From Acidobacteriota bacterium (lineage in GTDB: Bacteria; Acidobacteriota; Aminicenantia; Aminicenantales; Aminicenantaceae), in assembly GCA_018894615.1 (NCBI GenBank), contig JAHIPL010000005.1, positions 1,062 through 65,061 on the forward strand: DNA of 64,000 bases, in the 5' to 3' direction. The number at the start of each line of letters is the position of its first letter. Position 1 is the stretch's first letter. The notes beneath the pieces are model-generated. The model was not told the DNA's origin and searched no databases. It saw nothing but the letters and a program-made list of their open reading frames with translations. Shown piece after piece: positions 46,359 through 56,394 of the stretch. The position numbers and the translations under genes were made by a program.

Positions 46359-46511
46359 ATCAGGGAATGAAAAGGGTCATCACCCATCCGAACAGGAGGG
46401 ACCCGAAAATCATGATGAGGAAGAGGGTGAGCCCGTAGCGGATCCTGGATTTCCGGCTGTCTCTGCGAAGAAGGGCCAGGACAATGCAGACAAAGGCGGC
46501 GTAGAGGACCA
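46359..46511 (-). CDS. Small membrane peptide (50 aa), upstream of ftsEX on the same strand
   Basis: Translation MVLYAAFVCIVLALLRRDSRKSRIRYGLTLFLIMIFGSLLFGWVMTLFIP, two predicted TM helices. It has no ORF-track entry because it is under 60 aa. Confidence 0.3.
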
Positions 46512-46535
46512 TGGAGAAGAAGTGGCTGTTTGCGA

Positions 46536-46934
46536 TCACTTTTTCTTCCCTCTGGCGATATCAAAAGCGTCCAGCGCGACAAGATAGTTGAGAAGGCCGG
46601 CCCCGGCGATGTAAGCGGTTCCGTACTCGAAGGACAGGCTGGACAGTTTTCCCAATCCGATGGGAGTCAGTCGGGACAGCAGATAGAGAAGCCCGTAACC
46701 AAGATCGGAGAAAAATTCGAGGATTGTCAGAGGATTTTCGGTTTGGTATTCAAATATCCGGCCGTCCATCAGGAGTCCCAATCCCGCCATGGCGGTGATG
46801 CAGACGAAGAAGATGGCCGCCCGGGCATATTTTCGCTGGAGCCCATGACCCAGCCCGGGAATGAACCACCCCGCGGCCAGCAGAAGAATGTTTCGTAAAG
46901 TCATTTTTGAAAATGCATCATACCCTAACACCAC
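46536..46934 (-). CDS. Membrane protein of unknown function (3 TM; motif GWFIPGLGHG)
   Basis: Hydrophobic helices; no catalytic motif. Confidence 0.45.
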   Translation of the reverse strand: MVLGYDAFSKMTLRNILLLAAGWFIPGLGHGLQRKYARAAIFFVCITAMAGLGLLMDGRIFEYQTENPLTILEFFSDLGYGLLYLLSRLTPIGLGKLSSLSFEYGTAYIAGAGLLNYLVALDAFDIARGKKK

Positions 46935-46977
46935 AGGATTGGCAAGATTCGGTCGATTTTGTGAATCGGGCCTTGTG

Positions 46978-47006
46978 TTGCACGCCGTCCGCCGATTCTC
47001 TATAAT
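46978..47006 (+). promoter_or_regulatory. Sigma-70 promoter: TTGCAC, 17-nt spacer, TATAAT
   Basis: Consensus -10 TATAAT at 47001-47006 with TTGCAC 17 nt upstream, about 30 nt upstream of the rubrerythrin-like ATG. Confidence 0.6.
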
Positions 47007-47037
47007 ATTCGGTTATACACCACCGGAAGGAGAAATC

Positions 47038-47490
47038 ATGGACTTTTCAAGTTTCGAAAAAATAGTTGAGTTCGCCATCGCCAGGGAAGAGGATGCCATT
47101 CAGGCCTACGGGGCGATGTCAGGGAAGGCCAAGGTTCCAGGACTCAAAAATCTGCTTCTCGAGCTTCGGAATGAAGAAAAAAATCATAAAAGACTGCTGG
47201 AGGATCTCGATAAAAAAGAATTGAAAGACCTTGAGATCAAGGACGTCCTCGATCTCAAAATATCCGATTATCTTGTGGAAGAACCTCTGAACGGCGATGT
47301 CACTTTTCAGGATCTGTTGATATTTGCCGCCAAAAAGGAGCAGAAGGCGGTTGAACTGTACACCGTCCTGCGCGATCGCCTGGATCGACCGGAATTCATC
47401 AAGCTGTTTGATTATTTGATTGAACAGGAAAAAAACCATAAACTGAAACTGGAAGCGGAATACGACGACAGCGTCTATCAGGAAGATTGA
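47038..47490 (+). CDS. Rubrerythrin-like ferritin-like diiron protein (no rubredoxin domain). The ORF track starts at 46861; ATG 47038 has the RBS GGAAGGAG.
   Basis: Two ExxH helices (EEKNHKRL, EQEKNHKLK) plus upstream Glu ligands; 150 aa four-helix bundle. Confidence 0.75.
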   Translation: MDFSSFEKIVEFAIAREEDAIQAYGAMSGKAKVPGLKNLLLELRNEEKNHKRLLEDLDKKELKDLEIKDVLDLKISDYLVEEPLNGDVTFQDLLIFAAKKEQKAVELYTVLRDRLDRPEFIKLFDYLIEQEKNHKLKLEAEYDDSVYQED

Positions 47491-47520
47491 TTTCCGTTCC
47501 GTTTGAACAAGGAGGATAAC

Positions 47521-47682
47521 ATGGAAAAATGGGAATGCACGGCCTGCGGTTATATTTACGACCCGGAAAATGGAGATCCGGACAGCGGCGTCAAGCCGGG
47601 AACCCCTTTTGAGGAACTCGCCGAAGACTGGGTTTGCCCCCAGTGCGGGGTCGGAAAAGAATTTTTTCAGAAGATGTCCTGA
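47521..47682 (+). CDS. rub: Rubredoxin
   Basis: [49 protein letters not shown]: two CxxCG knuckles, 53 aa, RBS AAGGAGGA. It has no ORF-track entry because it is under 60 aa. Confidence 0.9.
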   Translation: MEKWECTACGYIYDPENGDPDSGVKPGTPFEELAEDWVCPQCGVGKEFFQKMS

Positions 47683-47737
47683 TCCCGTTTGTCATTCATC
47701 CTTTGAGCCCTGAACCGTCCGTGGCGGGAGAAGTGAT

Positions 47738-48943
47738 ATGCGCGTCTGTATTGTAGGGAATGGTCTGGCCGGGGCCATGTTCGCCAAGTCCCTGAGGGAT
47801 CTGGGGGGGGACATGGATATCGACATCTACGGGGAAGAACCCTATCTGTATTATCCCCGTCCCAACATGATCGAGTATCTGGCCGGCCGGATTCCCTTTG
47901 AGCGCATGTTCGCGTTTGAGGCGGACTGGTATGACAAAAGGCGTCTCGGTGTGCATTTGAAAACACCGGTGACGGGATTGTTTCCCGATTTGCGGGAGAT
48001 CGAAATCGCAGGGAATCAGAGGGAGACCTACGACGTTCTGGCCGTCGCCTCCGGAGCCCGGTCCTTTGTCCCTCCCATCAAAGGGGCGGATTCGTCCCAT
48101 GTCTTCACCTTCCGGACTCTGGATGAGTGCCGGGCTCTGATCGACCGTCTCCAAAAAAAGAAAGGCCTGATTATCCTGGGAGGAGGGCTGCTGGGGCTTG
48201 AAATCGCCAGAGGGGCCCGCGCTCGGGGAGCGGACGTGGATGTGGTTGAATTCTTCGGCCGTCTTCTGCCCCGGCAGCTGGATGAGGAGGGTGCGGCTCT
48301 CCTGCGGAAGCAGATAGAGGGAATGGGCATTCGAGTCCATCTGGGTAGGGCCTGCCGCGAGATCCGGAACGACGGCGAAAATCTCCGCCTTCAGTTCAAG
48401 GAAGGGGAGGACATGGTCGCGGAATCCACCGTGATTGCCGCCGGGGTGCGGCCCAATATCGATCTGGCTCAAAGTGCCGGACTGGAAACCGATAAGGGAT
48501 TGGTCGTGAATGATGGGCTGCAGACGTCCCATCCCTCCATCTACGGCATCGGCGATGCCGTCCAGTTCCGCGACCGGGTGTACGGCATCATCCCCGCCGC
48601 CTTCGAACAGGCGAGAACGGCGTCCCGGCATGTCATCGGAGAGGACGTCCGTTACACTGGAACCATCCCCTCCAATACCCTAAAAATCGCCGGCCTGGAT
48701 GTCACTTCCGTCGGTCTCGTCAATCCGGAAAATGAGGAGACGGAGGAGATAGGCTGGAGGGAAGAAGAACGGGGCATGTACAAAAAGCTTGTTTTGCGGG
48801 ACGGAATGATCATCGGCGCCATCTGGATGGGGACAAAACAGGGGATCGGCGAGATCAACAGGCTCATCGCGGCGGGAACCTCCATTGAGCAGTGGAAAAA
48901 TGACATCCTCCATGAGGATTTTGATTTTTCAGTCATCCTATGA
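47738..48943 (+). CDS. NAD(P)H:rubredoxin oxidoreductase (FAD-dependent pyridine nucleotide-disulfide oxidoreductase family)
   Basis: N-terminal FAD motif RVCIVGNGLAGA, second Rossmann motif ILGGGLLGLE, downstream GDAVQF motif; adjacent rubredoxin. Confidence 0.8.
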   Translation: MRVCIVGNGLAGAMFAKSLRDLGGDMDIDIYGEEPYLYYPRPNMIEYLAGRIPFERMFAFEADWYDKRRLGVHLKTPVTGLFPDLREIEIAGNQRETYDVLAVASGARSFVPPIKGADSSHVFTFRTLDECRALIDRLQKKKGLIILGGGLLGLEIARGARARGADVDVVEFFGRLLPRQLDEEGAALLRKQIEGMGIRVHLGRACREIRNDGENLRLQFKEGEDMVAESTVIAAGVRPNIDLAQSAGLETDKGLVVNDGLQTSHPSIYGIGDAVQFRDRVYGIIPAAFEQARTASRHVIGEDVRYTGTIPSNTLKIAGLDVTSVGLVNPENEETEEIGWREEERGMYKKLVLRDGMIIGAIWMGTKQGIGEINRLIAAGTSIEQWKNDILHEDFDFSVIL

Positions 48944-49944
48944 AAAAAAACACATTGATTCTGGCCTGTTTTTTCTCCTTCGGACTCGCTCTTTTCGGTG
49001 AAACACACGGATACCTGTCTTTCTCCTACGGCGGTGTCACAAAGCTGAGCGAAACCCTGAAGGGGTCCTTTGCTCATCCGGAAGCGGGAGTACTGCTGAG
49101 CGGCGCTCTCGGCACCAACATCCGGGCCCTTACCGAATTCAGCCTGGAATCCGGTTCGGCGCCCGTTTTGGAACAGGCCTGGATAGGATTCGGAGAGGCG
49201 GATGTTTTTCTCGTCAAGGCCGGTCTGATCCCTGTGCCCTTCGGCCGGTACAACCGGATCAACCGCCCGTACTCTACCCTCCTGGTTGAAGCGCCGCTCT
49301 CCGTTCAGTCTTTTTACCCTCACCGCTGGACGGATCCGGGATTGAGTGTTGAGGGACGCCTGGCCGGTTTTTCCTATGCGCTTTACGCCGGGAACGGGCT
49401 GGGTGAAGCGGGCATTTTGAATGAAAGACCGGCCCTCTCCGACAATAACACCGGAAAGAGCTGGGGAGGCCGGATCGGGCTGACGCTTTTTGAATCCGTC
49501 GAAGTGGCGTATTCCCGCCATACGGGCCCCTACAGCGATGACGGCGACAGAAACCTGAGACTGGAAGCCCTGGATGCTCATTTGTTCTGGGGAAGCCTGA
49601 ATGTCCAGTTTGAATGGATCAGGGGACAGGTGGACAACCCGGAGGGATATGAAAAAGGGTCGTTGGACGGCGGTTATGTGCTCCTCCGCTACGGCCGCCG
49701 GGGGGTGGTGCCTTTCGTTTCCTATCAGATGATGGATTACGAGGACGGTTTTCATGGGAGCGGTTTTACAGGGGAGGACGGGCCCGGGGCCGGGATTTTT
49801 TCCCGCCGCAGGCGCTGGGCCTACGGCTTGTCCTATAGACCCGTGAGCGGGCTGGTTTTGAAATTGGAGATCGATGCGGATACGGACAGGGATACCGGAA
49901 ACCGCAGTCATGCGGTCACGTTTCAGGCCGCCCTTTTCTTTTAA
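48940..49944 (+). CDS. Putative outer-membrane beta-barrel protein
   Basis: Signal peptide MKKNTLILACFFSFGLALFG; alternating hydrophobic beta-strand pattern; C-terminal aromatic FF; ATGA overlap with the reductase gene. Confidence 0.5.
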   Translation: MKKNTLILACFFSFGLALFGETHGYLSFSYGGVTKLSETLKGSFAHPEAGVLLSGALGTNIRALTEFSLESGSAPVLEQAWIGFGEADVFLVKAGLIPVPFGRYNRINRPYSTLLVEAPLSVQSFYPHRWTDPGLSVEGRLAGFSYALYAGNGLGEAGILNERPALSDNNTGKSWGGRIGLTLFESVEVAYSRHTGPYSDDGDRNLRLEALDAHLFWGSLNVQFEWIRGQVDNPEGYEKGSLDGGYVLLRYGRRGVVPFVSYQMMDYEDGFHGSGFTGEDGPGAGIFSRRRRWAYGLSYRPVSGLVLKLEIDADTDRDTGNRSHAVTFQAALFF

Positions 49945-50011
49945 ACTTGTTTCCTTCCGGGACATTTGATAAAATTAATCTTTTGTCCTTTTTTCAATTT
50001 AAATACGGTGA

Positions 50012-51328
<1,317 letters not shown>

Positions 51329-51437
51329 GTCTGGCCGGGAAACCGCCCGGAATAACGACATATCGGTGTTACTGCGGGGGCGAGACATACATGATGACGC
51401 ATTTTTTTATTTCCCCTGGCGGCGGCTGCAAATAATC

Positions 51438-51453
51438 TGGCATAAAAACTGCG
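51438..51453 (+). promoter_or_regulatory. Candidate sigma-54 (-24/-12) promoter: TGGCAT-N5-cTGCg
   Basis: GG and GC dinucleotides at the canonical 11-nt register, about 110 nt upstream of the nifU-like gene. Confidence 0.35.
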
Positions 51454-51565
51454 GTTTATATCTTCTGCAGCCTCATGGATTTAGGCATGGCGAATAATCG
51501 TGGAAAAATGGCTGAGGATAGGCTACTATAGGACAAGGTTATATTTTTTTCTTCAGGAGAAATAA

Positions 51566-51784
51566 ATGAAAGAACGAGTGGAAAAAGCGCTGGACAAAGT
51601 AAGGCCCTCCCTTCAGGCCGATGGCGGAGATGTGGAGTTGGTCGATGTGGTGGACGGCGTCGTCAAGGTGAAATTAACGGGCGCCTGCGGGGGATGCCCC
51701 ATGTCTCAGATGACTTTGAAGATGGGGATTGAGCGCATTCTGAAAAAGGAAATACCCGAAGTGAAGGAAGTGGTTCAGGTTTGA
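51566..51784 (+). CDS. Nfu/NifU C-terminal-domain Fe-S cluster carrier protein
   Basis: [11 protein letters not shown] CxxC motif in a 72-aa NifU-like domain. Confidence 0.8.
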   Translation: MKERVEKALDKVRPSLQADGGDVELVDVVDGVVKVKLTGACGGCPMSQMTLKMGIERILKKEIPEVKEVVQV

Positions 51785-51838
51785 ACAGAGGTTCGACGGC
51801 GGGATCCTCCGGACGATCGAATCCTGGACATAATCAAT

Positions 51839-53026
51839 ATGGGAAAAACATATTTCGATCATATGAACGGAACACCGGTCCATCCCGATGTTGCCGCTGT
51901 GATGGCGCATCATCAGAGAAACGTGTACGGAAATCCGCAGAGCCCGCACACTCCGGGTCAGACGGCTATGTCGGCCCTGGACAAGGCGAGAGAACAGACC
52001 GCCTCGCTTATCAACGCTCACGCCGATGAGATCTATTTCACTTCCAGCGGTTCGGAGTCCAATAATTTTGCACTGACGGGACTTGCCTCCGCCAATCAAA
52101 AAAAGGGCCGTCATATCATCGTGTCCGCCGTGGAGCATTTTTCCGTCCTTCACCCTTTAAAAAGGATGGAGAAAGCCGGATTCAGCGTGACCGAAGTTCA
52201 GGTGGACCGCACCGGGAAAGTCGATCCGGATGATGTGAAAAAGGCCCTGCGGGACGACACCGTTCTTGTTTCCGTGATGCTGGCCAACGGTGAGGTGGGG
52301 ACCATTCAGCCCATAAGGGATATTGCCGGGTTGTGCCGGGAAAAAGAGGTGATTCTCCACACGGATGCCGTGGCGGCGGCGGGAAATATGCCTGTTGATG
52401 TCCGTGCTCTGGGAGTGGATGCCCTCAGCCTGGCCGCCAATCCGTTTTACGGGCCCAAGGGAAGCGCCGCCCTCTTTCTTCGCAAGGGAGTGAGAATCAG
52501 GCCCTTTATCGAAGGCGGGATTCAGGAGGGAGGCCGCCGCGCCGGAACGGAAAATCTGGCGGGGATTGTCGGCATGGGAGAGGCCGCCGCCATCGCCTTT
52601 AGGGAGATGGACGGCCGGATGAACCGGATGAAGGCGCTTCGTGACGGGGTGATCGAGAAGCTGCCCCGGGTGGTGGATCATGTCCATCTGACCGGGCATC
52701 CGGTGGATCGCCTTCCTCATCACGCCAGTTTCTGTGTGGAATTCATTGAAGGCGAGGCAATGCTGCTGTCCCTCGATATGAAAGGGATTGCGGCCTCCAG
52801 CGGTTCCGCCTGCATGTCCAAGGCGCTCAAGGCGTCCCACGTGCTTCTGGCCATGGGATACGATCATGCCCTGGCCCAGGGATCTCTGGTTTTCAGCTTT
52901 ATCGAAAACAATGCGGAGGAGGATACCGGATACTTTCTGGATGTCTTTCCGCCCATCGTCGAGCGGCTGAGAGGGATGTCGCCTCTTTATGCCAAATATT
53001 TGGAGGAGAACAAGAATGTACAGTGA
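51839..53026 (+). CDS. nifS: Cysteine desulfurase NifS/IscS
   Basis: PLP-lysine region and active-site loop SSGSACMS with the catalytic Cys; class V aminotransferase fold. Confidence 0.9.
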   Translation: MGKTYFDHMNGTPVHPDVAAVMAHHQRNVYGNPQSPHTPGQTAMSALDKAREQTASLINAHADEIYFTSSGSESNNFALTGLASANQKKGRHIIVSAVEHFSVLHPLKRMEKAGFSVTEVQVDRTGKVDPDDVKKALRDDTVLVSVMLANGEVGTIQPIRDIAGLCREKEVILHTDAVAAAGNMPVDVRALGVDALSLAANPFYGPKGSAALFLRKGVRIRPFIEGGIQEGGRRAGTENLAGIVGMGEAAAIAFREMDGRMNRMKALRDGVIEKLPRVVDHVHLTGHPVDRLPHHASFCVEFIEGEAMLLSLDMKGIAASSGSACMSKALKASHVLLAMGYDHALAQGSLVFSFIENNAEEDTGYFLDVFPPIVERLRGMSPLYAKYLEENKNVQ

Positions 53027-53582
53027 TAAAGTCATGGAACATTTCGAAAATCCACGCAATGTCGGTGTGATCAAAGACGCCGACGGTGTGGGGGAAATCG
53101 GGAACGCCGTCTGCGGCGACATGATGAGCTTTTATATAAAAGTGAAGAACAATGTCCTGGAAGACGTCAAATTCAAGACGTTCGGCTGCGGTGCCGCCAT
53201 CGCCGTGTCCAGCATGGTCAGCGAAATGGCCATCGGTAAAACCGTGGAAGAGGCCTTAAAAATCACCAACCAGGATGTGGCCAAGGAATTGGGCGGGCTT
53301 CCGAAAAACAAGATGCACTGCTCCAATCTCGGCGCCGATGCGCTGCACAAGGCCATCGAGGACTTTCAGGGAAAAAACAGGGATGTGGGCAAAGCCGTCT
53401 CCAAAAAACCGGCGGCGGTGAAGGACACGTCCTGTCCCTTCTGTGAAGGCCCCATGGAAGGATTTGAGAAGTACTGCAAGGCCTGCCACATCGATTTTGA
53501 GGACTGCGTTTCCTGCGGGATGCCCCGAAAAACAAACGACGAGAAATGCCCCCACTGCGGAGCCACCCGGGTTCGGGTTTGA
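53016..53582 (+). CDS. Fe-S scaffold, IscU/NifU N-terminal domain with a Cys-rich C-terminal extension
   Basis: GNAVCGDMMSFYIKV, FKTFGCGAAIA and HCSNLGADAL are the three scaffold Cys motifs; C-terminal CPFCEG...CKAC...CVSCG...CPHCG. Confidence 0.85.
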   Translation: MYSDKVMEHFENPRNVGVIKDADGVGEIGNAVCGDMMSFYIKVKNNVLEDVKFKTFGCGAAIAVSSMVSEMAIGKTVEEALKITNQDVAKELGGLPKNKMHCSNLGADALHKAIEDFQGKNRDVGKAVSKKPAAVKDTSCPFCEGPMEGFEKYCKACHIDFEDCVSCGMPRKTNDEKCPHCGATRVRV

Positions 53583-53595
53583 CGGAAGGGAACCC

Positions 53596-54501
53596 ATGGA
53601 CAAAAATGACATGATGGACAGAATCCGGGAGTTGAAAAAGGACCGGAACGCGGTGATCCTCGTCCATAATTACCAGATCGGTGAAGTCCAGGATGCCGGT
53701 GATTTTATCGGTGACAGCCTGGAGTTGAGCCGGAAGGCGGCCCGTGTGAAGGAGGACGTGATCGTGTTCTGTGGTGTCCACTTCATGGCCGAAACCGCGG
53801 CCATCCTCGCCCCCGGGAAAACCGTCCTCATTCCCGACAGTTCGGCCGGCTGTCCCATGGCGGATATGATCACGGCCGAGGACATGGTCCAATGGAAGAA
53901 GAGGTATCCGGGCCGTAAATCTGTCTGTTATATCAACACATCGGCCGCCGTCAAGGCCGAATGCGACATCTGCTGCACGTCATCCAACGCCGAAAAAGTT
54001 GTGGACGGCCTCGAGGGAGAGGAAATCCTCTTTGCCCCGGACAAAAACCTGGCGGCCTGGGTCGCCCGCACCAGCTCAAAAAAAATCATCCCCTGGGACG
54101 GTTATTGTTACGTTCACAACAATATTCGCGCGGCCGACGTCCGGCGGAAAAAAGAGGAACATCCCGAAGCCGAAGTCTGGGTGCATCCCGAATGTCCGCC
54201 GGAAGTGATCGATCTGGCCGACAGGGTGCTCTCCACCGGCAAGATGGTGAAGGAAGCACGGGTCACGGACAGGAGCGTCATCATCGGTACGGAATCGGGA
54301 ATCGTCTACAGGCTCAAAAAGGAAAATCCCGGAAAGATCTTTTATCCCGTCAAGAATACGGCCGTCTGCCGAAACATGAAAAAAATCACTCTGGAAAAGG
54401 TTTTCCTGTCCCTGGAAAAAATGCAGTTCCATGTGACCGTTCCTCCCCTTATCGCCGAGCGGGCGAGAGGCGCCATCACCCGAATGGTGGACCTGGTTTA
54501 A
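53596..54501 (+). CDS. nadA: Quinolinate synthase NadA. The ORF track starts at 53443; ATG 53596 follows an RBS just after the scaffold gene stop.
   Basis: MDKNDMMDRIRELKKDRNAVILVHNYQ; conserved Cys ligands (GCPMA, CTSSNA, GYCYVHN). Confidence 0.85.
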   Translation: MDKNDMMDRIRELKKDRNAVILVHNYQIGEVQDAGDFIGDSLELSRKAARVKEDVIVFCGVHFMAETAAILAPGKTVLIPDSSAGCPMADMITAEDMVQWKKRYPGRKSVCYINTSAAVKAECDICCTSSNAEKVVDGLEGEEILFAPDKNLAAWVARTSSKKIIPWDGYCYVHNNIRAADVRRKKEEHPEAEVWVHPECPPEVIDLADRVLSTGKMVKEARVTDRSVIIGTESGIVYRLKKENPGKIFYPVKNTAVCRNMKKITLEKVFLSLEKMQFHVTVPPLIAERARGAITRMVDLV

Positions 54502-54504
54502 ACC

Positions 54505-55620
54505 ATGAAACGCGGATTTCGAATAGGAAAAATCGCCGGGATCGATATCCATGTCGATTCAAGCTGGTTCATCATCTTCGTCCTTTTTTCCTGGATGCTG
54601 GCGACAACCTATTTTCCCGGCAGTTTTCCGGGCGCCGGGCCGATCATTTACTGGCTGCTCGGCCTTGTCACCAGCCTTCTTGTTTTTGTTTCCGTCCTTA
54701 TCCATGAACTGGCCCATTCCCTCGTGGCCATCAAGCAGGGCGAAAAAGTCGACCGCATCACCCTGTTCATTCTGGGGGGAGTGGCCCAGATCACGGACGA
54801 GCCGAAGGAGCCCCTCTCCGAGTTTGTAATGGCGGTGGTCGGCCCCCTCACCAGTTTCATCCTGGCTTCATTTTTTTTCATGCTGTCTCTCCTTTTTTTC
54901 GGTGTCAGCGCGGCCCTGCGGTCGGCCCTGATCTATCTGGCCATCATCAACACCGTGCTGGGGCTGTTCAATCTGATCCCTGGATTTCCCATGGACGGCG
55001 GCCGGGTGCTGCGTTCCATCCTGTGGTCCATGACGGGGGATCTGCGCCGGGCGACCCGGATCGCCTCCTTTTCCGGCCAGGCCTTTTCCTTTCTCCTTGT
55101 TTTTCTTGGTATTCTTGAGGTTCTGCGCGGATCTTTATCCGGCCTCTGGCTGATTTTTGTGGGCTGGTTCCTTCAGAACGCCGCTGTCCGCGGCTACCGG
55201 CAGGTGGTGATGAAAACCCAGCTTCGCGGCACAAAAGCCAGGGATCTGATGGTGGAACACTTCACCGTCGTTGACGGAGGCATCACGGTTCAGATCCTTG
55301 TCGATCATTTTATTTTAAAGAAGAAGGAGCGGATTTTCCTTGTCGGAGGGGAGGACTATCTGCGCGGCATCGTCTGCACGGACGACGTCAAAAAAGTGCC
55401 GAAGATGCAGAGGGGGGAGACGTTTGTTCAGGACATCATGACACCGCGAGACAGGCTTGAGTTCGTCGGCCCCGATGAGGACGGTGAGGCGATTCTGAGG
55501 AAACTGGCCGCCCGGGATGTCAATCTGATTCCCGTCATGGACGAAGAAAAACTGATAGGTGTCATCTGTCAGAGCGATCTTCTTCGCTACATCCAGCTGA
55601 AGAATGAACTGAAATCCTGA
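54505..55620 (+). CDS. M50-family site-2 protease homolog with tandem CBS domains
   Basis: HELAHSLVA (HExxH) in TM helix; LIPGFPMDGGRVL second motif; C-terminal CBS pair. Confidence 0.8.
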   Translation: MKRGFRIGKIAGIDIHVDSSWFIIFVLFSWMLATTYFPGSFPGAGPIIYWLLGLVTSLLVFVSVLIHELAHSLVAIKQGEKVDRITLFILGGVAQITDEPKEPLSEFVMAVVGPLTSFILASFFFMLSLLFFGVSAALRSALIYLAIINTVLGLFNLIPGFPMDGGRVLRSILWSMTGDLRRATRIASFSGQAFSFLLVFLGILEVLRGSLSGLWLIFVGWFLQNAAVRGYRQVVMKTQLRGTKARDLMVEHFTVVDGGITVQILVDHFILKKKERIFLVGGEDYLRGIVCTDDVKKVPKMQRGETFVQDIMTPRDRLEFVGPDEDGEAILRKLAARDVNLIPVMDEEKLIGVICQSDLLRYIQLKNELKS

Positions 55621-55627
55621 GGATCGC

Positions 55628-56269
55628 ATGGAACAGATTAAAATAAGGACGGAGGCCATCGTCACCATTCTTCGCCGGACCGACCCGGAGAGCCGGACAG
55701 CCCTCCAATTCCGGAATCCGCTGCAGATTCTTGTCGCCACCATCCTGTCCGCTCAGTGCACGGACGCCAAGGTCAATGAAATAACTCCCGATTTGTTCGC
55801 CGCGTATCCGACCGCCGGGGCATTTGCCGCGGCCGATCCCGCCGATCTGGAGGAGCGGATTCACCCCACCGGCTTTTTCCGGCAGAAAACCAGAAGCATT
55901 ATCGGGGCCGCCCAAAAAATCGTGAGGGACTTCGGCGGCGAGGTTCCGGATTCCATGGCCGATCTGATCACCCTTCCCGGCGTGGCGCGGAAAACAGCCA
56001 ACATCGTCCTTTCCAGCGGTTACGGAAAAGCGGAAGGCATTGCCGTCGATACGCATGTCAAACGCCTGGCCGTCCGGCTCGGCCTCAGTTCCGAGACAAA
56101 TCCGGACAAGATCGAACAGGATCTCCTGCGGATCGTGCCCCGGGATGCCTGGCTGGATCTCAACTATCTTCTGGTCAACCACGGCCGGCAGATCTGTCAG
56201 GCCCGAAACCCGCGGTGCACGGAATGCCCCCTTCAGGCCCTCTGCCCTTCGGCCGATCCCCGGCCCTGA
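55628..56269 (+). CDS. nth: Endonuclease III
   Basis: HhH-GPD motif LPGVARKTANIVL; C-terminal 4Fe-4S Cys cluster CQARNPRCTECPLQALC. Confidence 0.9.
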   Translation: MEQIKIRTEAIVTILRRTDPESRTALQFRNPLQILVATILSAQCTDAKVNEITPDLFAAYPTAGAFAAADPADLEERIHPTGFFRQKTRSIIGAAQKIVRDFGGEVPDSMADLITLPGVARKTANIVLSSGYGKAEGIAVDTHVKRLAVRLGLSSETNPDKIEQDLLRIVPRDAWLDLNYLLVNHGRQICQARNPRCTECPLQALCPSADPRP

Positions 56270-56394
56270 CCTTTTCCGACAATATTCATCTTTTCCAATC
56301 CTCCTTCAACTGTGCTATAAAAAAAGCCCCGTCACTAAGAACATTGGAGAATTAATCCACAAAAAACGGAAAAGAACTAAAAAGGGTAACAGCC

